DNA of 64,000 nucleotides. Source: Chiloscyllium plagiosum. Its lineage: Eukaryota. The translations under genes and the position numbers were made by a program. The DNA is taken from NCBI RefSeq assembly GCF_004010195.1, contig NC_057712.1:14951684-15015683 (forward strand), in the 5' to 3' direction. Shown in pieces: positions 1-9,838 of the stretch; positions within the stretch are counted from its first letter, which is position 1, and the number at the start of each line of letters is the position of its first letter. The notes under the pieces are model-generated. The model worked only from the letters and a program-made list of their open reading frames with translations, did not search any database and was not told where the DNA came from.

Positions 1-740
1 CATCCCTGCTAAGGTATTGTACCATTGAACTTTGGCCAGCTCCTCCCTCATAACTCCTTTATTCAACAGAAATATTGTCACTACCCTCTCCCTCTCAAAT
101 TGCAGATTGTGGTGTATTGTATTATGGTCACTATTTCCCAATGGCTCCTTCACTTCGAGGTCCCTGACCAATTCTGGTTCGTTGCACAATACCAGATCCA
201 GAATTGCCTTCTCCCTGGTCAGCTCCAGCACCAGCTGTTCTAAGAATCCATCTCTGAGGCACTCCGCAAAGTCTCTTTCTTGAGGTCCAATACCATCTTG
301 ATTCTCCCAGTCTACCTGCATGTTGAAATCCCCCATAACAACTGTAGTAACATCTTTGCGACAGGCCAATTTCAGCTCCTGATTCAACTTACATCTGACA
401 TCCAGACTATTGTTTGGGGGCTTGTAAATAACTCTCAAGAGGGTCTTTTTACCCTTAGTATTTCGCAGCTCTATCCACACTCACTCTACATCCCCTGATT
501 CTAGGTCCCCCAGCGCAAGCGACTGAATATCATCCCTTACCAGCATGGCTACCCCACCCCCTCTGCCCGTCAGTCTGCCCTTACGATAGCACGTGTAGCC
601 TTGAATATTCATTTCCCAGGCTCTGTCCACAATATCGTATCTGCCAATTTCCAAAAGAGCCTCAAACTCATCCATCTTATTTCTAATGCTTTGTGCATTC
701 ATGTATAGTATTTTAAATTTATTACTGCCCTCACCCTTCC
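1..740 (-). mobile_element. CR1-clade LINE ORF2 fragment, APE endonuclease domain (runs off window start)
   Basis: Minus-strand translation NAQSIRNKMDE...YDIV...GYTCYRKGR..GRGGGVAMLV, then MGDFN, ILDLVL and GNSDHN APE motifs; interrupted by a stop. Confidence 0.9.
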
Positions 741-976
741 CATGACGAATGGCCCTGAAAGTTTCTGCCTGCAGTGTTGAACATCACTGCGGTACAATAT
801 GCTTCTCTCCTAGCTGTTCAAGTTAAGGTATGGCACAGCCTGATAAGCTAAAAGATTCACGTGATGGCATATTTGTGCATATGTGTTGAAGTTCTCAGCT
901 TGCAGAGACAACCAGCTGAAAGTTGTAACTTTCTGGGCTGAGGATGTTCCAGCATTTATTTCATTTGATTCGCTTT

Positions 977-1333
977 GGGGAAGTGATGGCCCAGTAGTAT
1001 TACCATGAAACTATTAGTCTGGAGACCCAGCGAGTGATCTGGAGACCTGGATTTGAATCTCACCACGGCAGATGGTGGAACTTGAATGAAAAAACGTCTC
1101 GAATTAAAAGATTAATGGTGACCATGAAGCCATTGTTGATTGTCAGGAAATCCCATCTGGTTCACTGATGTCCTTCAGGGAAGGAAACTGCCATCCTTAC
1201 CTGATCTGGCCTACATGTGACTCCACACCCACAGCAATGCGGTTGACTCTCAACTACCCCCTGTGCAATTAGGGATGGGCAATGACTGATGGCCAAGCCA
1301 GGGATGCACACATCTTGTGAATGAATAAAAAAA
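977..1333 (+). mobile_element. tRNA-derived SINE with LINE-derived tail
   Basis: A/B-box-like head (tggcccagtagt ... ggatttgaatctc), body cccatctggttcactgatgtccttcagggaagg, tail gcaattagggatgggcaat...gaatgaataaaaaa; paralogous copy at 31585-31900. Confidence 0.8.
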
Positions 1334-1544
1334 GTAACAAGCGTGAAACTTTCTTGAAGTGTTTTAAAAAGTCACCACTATCAAAATCATCACTCATTTG
1401 AACTTTTTTGTTTTCCTTTCTAAACATCAACCATCATCAGTAAAATGCCCATATAGTCAACTAGATATTTGCAAGCAAAGCTCATTATGAGCAATGTGAA
1501 CCATTGAAAGTGAAGGGTTTGGGGGTGAGGATAAGAGAAGTAGG

Positions 1545-1830
1545 TTCTTTTTTTTATTAACCTAACTTGTTTGGAGATGTTATTATACACTTCCGGAGTG
1601 GGTGGGACTTGAACCCAGGGCTCCTGGCACACAGGAGGGCTAGCAACACTACCACTGCACAACAAGAGGACCCATAGGTAGGTTCTTCTTTCTGTTCGAT
1701 TGAGCTTATTTTTCAAATCAACCTGTTCGGAGATGTTTTTACACACCTCTGGAGAAGAGTGACTTGAAGCCAGGCCTCTTGGCTTAGAGCTTGGGACACT
1801 GCCACTATACCAGAAGAGGACCCAGAAGTA
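1545..1830 (-). mobile_element. Two tandem copies of a short tRNA-derived SINE
   Basis: Two units of about 160 bp, each reading (minus) gggtcctctt..cagtgg(t/c)agtg...ctggg/cttcaagtc...aacatctc; related single copies near 6640-6770, 24385-24460, 26698-26790, 56660-56735 and 61945-62030. Confidence 0.7.
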
Positions 1831-1984
1831 GATTAGTCCTGGGGATGGGAATTAAAAGTTATCAGCTGTAGGTAATATTGTGGAATTCAGTAAGATTGGC
1901 CGCAGTTGTATTGAATGGTGAGAACAGGCTGAAGAGGGCTAATGGCCTGTGTCCCCCAACTCATTCCGATATTTGTATGCATTT

Positions 1985-2380
1985 ATAGAGTCATAGAGAT
2001 ATACAGCATGGAAACACATCCTTCGGTCCAATTCCTCCATGCTGACCAGATAATCTAAATTTATCAAGTCCCATTTGCTAGCACTTGGCCCTTATCCCTC
2101 TGAACCCTTCCAGATGCCTCTTAAATGTTGTAATTGTACCAGCCTCCACCATTTCCTCTGGCAGTTCATGCCATCACCCTCTGCATGAAAAAAATTGCTC
2201 TTTAGGTCCATTTTAAATCTTTCCCCTCTTACCCTAAACCTATGCCCTCTAGTTCTGGACTCCCACGCCCCAGGGAAAAGATCCTGTCTATTTACCCTAT
2301 CCATGCTCCTCATGATTTTATGAACCTCTATAACGTCAGCCCTCAGCCTCCAACGGTCAAGGGAAAATAGCCCAGCCTCT
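1985..2380 (-). mobile_element. CR1/HER1 LINE 3' end
   Basis: Minus ORF MRSMDRVNRQDLFPG..SRTRGHRFRVRGERFK (CR1 ORF2 C-terminus) and ctctatgactctat-type tail. Confidence 0.9.
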
Positions 2381-2542
2381 CCAGAGACTTGGAGGGAGAG
2401 GGAGAGAGCGACTGAAAGAGAGATGGGGAGGCAGAGATGGGAGGGAAGGGGAAAAGACAGACTGAGAGGGTCTTGTTAATTGCTTCTCTCTCTCTCTCTA
2501 CTGTTGCTGCTAGCTGCTCTCTGCTAATAATGGCTTCCTAAA

Positions 2543-2895
2543 GTCACAGAGAGCCTTACAGTCCTTCAGCATGGAGACAGGCCCTTTGGCCCAAATGAGT
2601 CCATACTGAACAAAATAGCGTGTCCATTCACGCTAACCCTATTTCCCTGCACTTGGCCTATATCCTTTTAAACCTTTCCTATCCATGTGTTTGTCTGAAT
2701 GCCTGTTAAATGTTATTAATGTACCCGCCTCAACCACTTCTGTTGGCACCTCGATTCCATATGCGTACCACCCTCTGTGTAAAAACTTTGCCCCTCAGGT
2801 TCCCTTTTATTCTTTCCCCTGTAACCTTAAACTGATACCCTCTAGTCCTCGAATCCCTAAACATGGGAGAAAGACTGAGGGCATTCCTATTCTCT
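2543..2895 (-). mobile_element. CR1 LINE 3' end (second subfamily)
   Basis: taccaccctctgtgtaaaaactttgcccctcagg...cctctagtcctcg, typical of the CR1 3' region, plus the UTR motif ggcccaaa/gggcc. Confidence 0.8.
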
Positions 2896-4544
2896 GAAGG
2901 CAGTTACCTTTAGCCCAAATCATGAACTCTAATCCTGATTTAATACTCCTGCTTGATCACTTCTGACAAAAAGCCTTGACTTGGATTTTTTAACGCCAAA
3001 TCCTTTAGACTAAAACAATTAACTGCTGACTGCTCCTGGCAAGTATCCAATAATAATCCGTAATTTTCTCTCCTGACAAAAGACTCATTTAGCTAGTGTC
3101 GACTTGGGAAGTTCTACTATCTGGCTAACAAGAAAGGCTCTGGGAAATGTTATATTTTTATTCCCTTCTTGCTGACCACACTTGGAACATTTAGATCCAG
3201 TTGTGTACCTGCAACAACACAACTAATTTCCTTAAATATTTGTTAACTCCTGATCAATGAAAAGTGAGCTTATAGCTTCCCTCCAACTTAACTTACGCCC
3301 AATATTTAACACTCTTGACCAGTGGGAGAAAGACTTTGGCTTCCCTACAACAACTCAACCTTAACCTATGCAGTTGAATTGCAAATGCTACACCATGCCA
3401 GCCTTGTAGCCATTACATTTCAATGTTGTGGCTTCTGTTTACTACTAATGCCAGACTCACTGTGAATGTAAATTCAAAATGTATATCAACTGGAACCTTA
3501 GTTTACTCCAGTGTTTTGATTTTCCCTTAAAGGAATTTGACACTTAAAAGAAATACCATCTTAAAAATTTATTTACGACATCTCAATAAGGTATGCATTT
3601 AAAGAGTTCTGATGCTAAACTTATATATAGTACGTAATTTAAAGCTTATTAATTATATAATGGGCTGAAATCAAGCATGTGTGGCTATTAACTGACCTTG
3701 TGGATTGGGAAATATATAGTAGGACATTTGCTAATGCCTGTAACGTTCTATTGCTCATTGGTATAAACATCATGACAAATAAGACCTAAATAACAGTAAG
3801 AAAATGTTAATAAAGGAGGAACAGAATGTTTTCGGGGCGTTCTGTAGATGGCTTATGGAGCATGGTTTTATTGGTATATCAAAGGTGATCTTATCATTGT
3901 TGTAACTGTACAGTCACTAAGAGTTTAGTGATGTGATCTTCAAATCGGAGTACAGCACATGGCTCATTTCCTCCTTATAGCTATCATTGCTAATTGCTCT
4001 CCCATTATTTGTTACTCAAGCACAAAATAAAGCTGCTGAAGTAATAATCGTTGAAAGACTTTAGAGACTTTTAATTGTAGAAATGATCCTTGCCATTGTA
4101 CTAATGCCCCAGCTCCATTTTCTTGTTTTGATCAACATGAGGACATAATCACATCTTGGATGTTGGGTATATTTACAAATGGGAATCTTCTGAGCAGCGA
4201 TTGTTCTGAGCATCTGTCTGATGCCACATTCTTACCGAATTCGCTGATCTTCAAACTTTTCCCTTTTAGGCGGCTGGCAAGCCCAGTTAGCATTCTGTCA
4301 TTTTCTGTTTTCTTTTTCAACTTTTCCAACATTTGTATTTATTTTTATTTCTTAGATCTCTTTTGATTTAGTTTACATTATCCTGTATATTTGCCCCCTG
4401 TCCTACAAAGTCACTGACACTTTCCTGAGTCAGAGAGATAGAGGCTGCGGTGGTATGTCAGCTCAGCCTGGTCATATTGTCATTGCCTTAGGAGGAGGCC
4501 AGGGATCAGAATCTTCCTGCAGAGGGACAGGAGAAGCACCTGAG

Positions 4545-5125
4545 GGGATAGTTTAGGCATCCAGGGTAGACATTTAGAACCGAGACGACCACTGTCCCTT
4601 TGCTCAAAAGATGGTGAACCTTGGAATTCTACCACAGAATGCTAGGTCACCACTCTGGGTGAAGAACTTTCTCCTCATTTCTGACCTAAAAGGTTTACCC
4701 CTTCTCTATAAACCATGACCCCTGGTCTGGACTTTACCACCATCAGGCAAATCCTTCCTGCATATAACTTGTTTAGTCCTGTTGGCATTTGATAGGTTTC
4801 TCTGAAAGCCCCTACTCATTCTTCTAAAGCCTAACTGACTCAATCTCTCCTCCTGCATCAAACCTGCCATCCCAGAAATTAATTTGGTAAAAACAAATTG
4901 CTGCACTCTCTCTATTGAAAGAGCATCCTTCCTCAGATAAGGAGAGCAAAACTGTGTACAATATTGCAGTTGTGGCCTCACCTGCATAATTGCAGCAAGA
5001 CTTAGTTGTTCCTTTTGCTATGAAAGCCAACATATAGTTTGCTCTCTATGCTTGCTGCACCTGCATGCTTACTTTCAGTGACCAGTAAATGGCCGAGCAG
5101 GCTTGAAGGGCCGAATGGCCTACTA
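4545..5125. mobile_element. CR1 3' fragments in mixed orientation
   Basis: Minus ORFs VRPQLQYCTQFCSPYLRKDALSIERVQ and MLAFIAKG (about 4640-5080), flanked by plus-strand CR1 3' pieces. Confidence 0.7.
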
Positions 5126-5144
5126 GTTTGTAACTTCCCATCTT

Positions 5145-5285
5145 TGTTCTGAAGAACACTGATTTCCAACTTGAAATGCTAACTCTGTTTTTTCTCTCTC
5201 CACAGATGTGGTTGGTCTTGCTGAGCTTCTTCAGCAGTCTCTGTGTTTGTTACAGATTTCCAGCATCTCCAATATTTTGATTTTA
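5145..5285 (+). mobile_element. Degenerate Penelope-derived terminal-repeat fragment
   Basis: ttctgaagaa...gaaatgctaactctg...ctccacagatg...gctgagcttcttcagca...gatttccagcatct resembles the right arm at 59693-59830. Confidence 0.6.
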
Positions 5286-5408
5286 GTTGCTGATGACATG
5301 TGAAGACATTGAATCTTTTTTAACACAGATTAAGTAGCATTAAATATGGATGCACTATTACTCTAACAGACATTTGGTACAAAATGATGCAGAGTTCCAT
5401 ATCAGTAT

Positions 5409-6112
5409 GGTGTAGGACCATTCGGTGCAGCCACTTTGGTGTGATCGATTCGGCGCGGCCGGTTTGGCGCAGCCCGTTTTGGCACAGACCCATTTAGGCG
5501 CGTAACTGTTTCAGCGCAGCTCATATTTATTCCTTTTCAGGCTTAGTTACAAGCATTAATGAAAACAATAAGAAGAAAAATAATATTTATTCTCTTCAGT
5601 AAAAATGTTAAAAAGAAAATAAAAATGAAAGGAATAAAGTAAATACGAAAAATCTGAAATATGACATTGATTCAAAATTATGGGCAATCCCTCGTAAATA
5701 CTCAATGTCATTTCTCTCACTAAATCTTCTTACAAGTATCTGTATTCTAGTGCCTGCTTCCCTGGATTTCTTCAAGTTCAATAGAATATCACTTTGATGG
5801 GTTATATTTTATTTTAATAATAACTACAAAGTACTGAATAACTACAAAGTACTGAATAACTACAAAACAGTTCTGTGCCTAAATGGGTCGCGCCAAACTG
5901 GCTGCGCCAAATCGCTCGCGCCTAAATGTGTCTGCGCCAAAATGGGTTGTGCCAAACCGGCTGCGACAAATCGCTTGCGCCAAAATAGGTCGTGCCAAAC
6001 CGGCTGCGCCATATTGCTCGCGCCTAGATGAGTCTGCGCCAAAATGGGTTGTGCCAAACTGGCCACGCCGTATCGCTCGCGACAAAGTGGCTGCGCCGAA
6101 TGGTCCCACTCC
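5409..6112. mobile_element. Non-autonomous Mutator-like (foldback-type) DNA transposon with TIRs made of 15-bp repeats
   Basis: Left end ggtgtaggaccattcggtgcagccacttt is the inverse of right end aaagtggctgcgccgaatggtcccactcc. Arms are built of about 15-bp ggcgcagcccgtttt-like units. The internal minus frame reads KKSREAGTRIQILVRRFSERNDIEYLRGIAHNF. Confidence 0.8.
5819..5866. repeat. Short tandem repeat of aataactacaaagtactg, about 2.6 copies
   Basis: Direct reading of the sequence. Confidence 0.9.
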
Positions 6113-6942
6113 GATCTGTGGTGCAATCCATTCTACCTAGTTTTAGCTGGATACCTTAATCGCTGGTGACAAGTTGTAAAAGGTGAAGAAATTGATGGCC
6201 TGCCAAGCTACATTAGATTCATTTGTGAGTCAAGGAAGTGAACTCTAATGCCAATTTATCAAGATCATGATTTATTGGATTCAACACTTTTTAGACACAC
6301 AGCAGAACTAAAAATGTTTCTGATTGTCACCTGATTTTGACCATTAAAATGGCTATTTGAATTGTTATGCATAGATGATTTTAAAAATCTTATATATGAA
6401 GCTTTATCACAGTTTTGGGACACCCAAAACATTCCATACTTTATGCATTACTTCTGAGTGTCAATTCTTGCTCAAAGGAGCAAGTGGGACAAGGGACAAT
6501 TGCCTTGGCCAAGAGGGGCAGCATCAGTTGTTTCCTGACCTGCAGTGTTCCTCTCCGTGCTGCCTTCAATGAGCGAAAATGCACCTCTCTGTTTCCTCCA
6601 TAAACTTCATTATGTTTCCAGCCTTGGCACAAAAATATTTAAAGTGACAGCTGGCACAATGCAACAATATGCCCTACATCTGAGCCAGGAGACCTGGATT
6701 CAAGTCTCACCCACTCCTGAGTATGCTATACATCTCTGTACGGCTTGATTAAAACTATCGATTGGGTGCCAGATTTGATTTTATTTCATGAAGTTCTTAG
6801 ATAACTTCTTAAATAAATTAGTAAAGGAAATAGTTGATTCCCCATTGTTCTGACTGTCGTGAAACTGCGTAGTTATTGCATTTGTTTTTTTAACTGTTCC
6901 TATGTTTATGAATCCAGTAACTTTGTGGCTATACCTTTCACG

Positions 6943-8157
6943 GCATAAACTCGAGACTGTGATTGGATATAAGAGCTGTAACTCTTCCAAGCTGCATGCA
7001 CATTCTGTTGCATGGCCTCCTGATGAAGAGGTTTATCCAATTTGGCAGTGCGTATATCCACCATGGAAAACTCTAGGTCATCACAACAACAGGACATACT
7101 GGCTCGATCACAGCCCTATAAGAGCATGGAAACAAAAACTACTTTGACAATACTGTATTTTGAGTAGAAACAGCATCTTATGTACCTGCAATAAAATGAC
7201 AGCAGGTGAAGCTGAATGTCAGTCGAGTCTGTAGACTGTTTTGACCTACAAAATGACAAGGATATTTACCTTTGTGTATGGAGAACTTTAACCACTCAAT
7301 TGAGGATACTTCAGGAAGTTTGCAACAATCATGTCAGCATGATGTTTGTTTGGTAATATCACCGCAGCCCCGAGTTATTATGTGTATGATTCATTCCTAG
7401 CAGGAATAAATATCAGATTCTATCTTGAGCAAAAATTTGAACAAGGCTTTATTCAGCAACATCAACATTTTTACTACTTTCCTCACAAGAAACCATGACA
7501 TATAACCACCAATGATGATCCCATTAGTAATTAGAACTACACCCTTGCATTGGTGATCCCTTCAAATTGCAGAAAGCTACAGATGGCTACATTTCCGATT
7601 TGAAACTTTTGGAAGATTTGAGTATTGCAAGGCTTTCAATTGTACACTGAATCTTAGTGATGTGGCCATACTGAGAGGTGGATATGCATGAAACGCATAC
7701 ATACATTTACATGACAACTTACCAGGATATATGAATAAACACAGGATTGTTTAGCAGTCTAAACTTTGTGACAAATGCCATTGACCTTATGCAGAGCAAT
7801 GTTAGTTAGTCTCAGCTTGCTAGCTTTCTGCAGGTGTTGAATGTTTCCATACTACTATAGGGCTGTGATCGAGACAGTCTCGCCAGTATGTCCTGTTGTT
7901 GTGATGCCCTAGAGTTTTCCATGGTGGATATACGCACTGGCAAATCCGGTAAACCTCTTCATCAGGAAGCTATGCAACAGAATGTGCATGCATGAGCTTG
8001 GGAGAGTTACAGCTCTTATATCCAATCACAGTCTCGAGTTTATGCTTTGCAAATGCTTTGCCTGCCATGTTCATGCCCTTTCACCTTAAACTTAAAAAGA
8101 ACTACTTTGACAATATTGTAATTTGAGTAGAAGCAGCATCTTATGTATCTGCAATAA
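6943..8157. repeat. Local inverted duplication (6943-7134 vs 7842-8045) plus direct repeat (7135-7196 vs about 8098-8157)
   Basis: gcataaactcgagactgtgattggatataagagctgtaactc... is found reverse-complemented at 7842-8045; actactttgacaata..gagtagaa.cagcatcttatgta is repeated directly. Confidence 0.9.
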
Positions 8158-8183
8158 CAGGATGATTTTAACCTCCAAGAATA

Positions 8184-8447
8184 TATGCACAGGAGAGACG
8201 TGCACAGCAGAGGGGTGCATAAGAGAGGGGTGCAGAGGAGAGAGGTGTACAGGAGAGAGGCGCACAGGAGAGAGGTGCACAGGGGAAAGGTGGACAGGGG
8301 AGGGGTGCACAGGAGAGAGGTGTACAGGAGAGGGGTGCACAGGAGAGAGGTGCACAGGGGAGAGGTGGACAGGGGAGGGGTGCACAGGAGAGAGGTGTAC
8401 AGGAGAGGGGTGCACAGGAAGGACATGCACAGGAAAGAGGTGGACAG
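8184..8447. repeat. 15-bp satellite GTGCACAGGAGAG(A/G)G, left segment
   Basis: Tandem 15-mers seen directly. Confidence 0.97.
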
Positions 8448-9838
8448 GAAGGAAGATGTGGTGGACATTTTGAACAATTTGAGGATAGACAAGTCCCCCG
8501 GGCCTGATGGGATATATCCTACGATTATGTGGGAAGCAAGAGAGGAAATTGCAGTACCGTTGGCAATGATCTTCTCGTCTTCACTGGCAACGGGGGTGGT
8601 ACCAGGGGACTGGAGAGTAGCGAATGTTGTGCCCCTGTTCAAAAAAGGGAATAGGGATAACCCCGGGAACTACAGGCCTGTTAGTCTTACTTCTGTGGTA
8701 GGCAAAGTAATGGAAAGGGTACTGAGGGATAGGACTTATGAGTATCTGGAAAGACACTGCTCGAATAGGGACAGCCAGCACGAATTTGTAGGTTTTGCCT
8801 TACGAGTCTTATTGAATTCTTTGAGGAGGTGACCAAACATGTGGATGAGGGTAGAGCAGTGGATGTAGTATACATGGATTTTAGTAAGGCATTTGATAAG
8901 GTTCCCCATGGTAGGCCTATGCGGAAAGTCAGGAGGCATGGGATAGAGGGAAATTTGCCCAACCCGTCTTGGAAACTGGTTTCTGCTGAGCACAGACGAG
9001 AGCATGATTTGAGGTGGGAACTTGACTGTCAGAAAAAGCTCCCAAGAAGCAGCTCCAAAGGAATTTTGAAGTCTGGCAGCACTGAGGGACTTGCATCTCA
9101 GCAAGTGCCTTCAGCTTTGAGCCAAGGGGGAAGTGGGTGGAAGTGTGGACAAGCCCCTGATCTCTCCTCGTGATGCTCTCTTGGGTGCAAAGCTCACCAC
9201 CTCTTCTTGAAAGTGGTCCCTTTGAAGACAGGTGCAGGCAGCAGCCGCTTGAGTTCCTCCTCTTCACCCCCCCCTCCATTAGCCCTCCCCACCATCACCA
9301 ACGACATCTGCCAACACGGATGAGGTTGGAGACGATGTGGTTTTGCCAAGAGGCTCCTTCACCTCATCCCAACAACAGTCTACTCACTCTCACTGGATGT
9401 CATTTCTCTGCTTTGCAGAGAAGATTTACCAGGATGTTGCCTGGAATGGAGAGGAAGTCGTACGAGGATAGGTTGAGAGTTCTCGGCCTTTTCTTGTTGG
9501 AACGGCGAAGGATGAGGGGTGACTTGATAGAGCTTTATAAGATGATCAGAGGAATAGGTAGAGTAGACAGTCAGAAACTTTTTCCCCGGGTACAACAGAG
9601 TGTTACAAGGGGACATAAATTTAAGGTGAAGGGTTGAAGGTATAGGGGAGATGTCAGGGATGGATTCTTTACCCGGAGAGTGGTGGGGCTTGGAATGCGC
9701 TGCCTGTGGGAGTGGTAGAGTCAGAATCTTTGGTGACCTTTAAGCGGCAATTGAATAGGTACATGGATGGGTGCTTAAGCTCGGACAAATGTTCGGCACA
9801 ACATTCTGTGCTGTATTGTTCTATGTTCTATGTTCTAA
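8448..9838 (+). mobile_element. 5'-truncated CR1 LINE inserted in the satellite; RT core replaced by foreign sequence (about 8959-9408)
   Basis: [11 protein letters not shown]...DWRVANVVPLFKKG...NYRPVSLTSVVGK...VYMDFSKAFDKVPH, then non-LINE sequence, then QRRFTRMLPGM...TRGHKFKV and a (tgttcta)n tail. Confidence 0.92.

Noticed and set aside
4132-4366. Overlapping 66-68 aa ORFs with splice-like signals
   Set aside because: No recognisable homology and conflicting strand signals.
5860-6140. Three overlapping repetitive ORFs
   Set aside because: By-products of the 15-bp TIR repeats of the Mutator-like element.
7018-7050. ctgatgaagagg as another hammerhead core
   Set aside because: No helix II followed by GAAA in either copy of the duplication.
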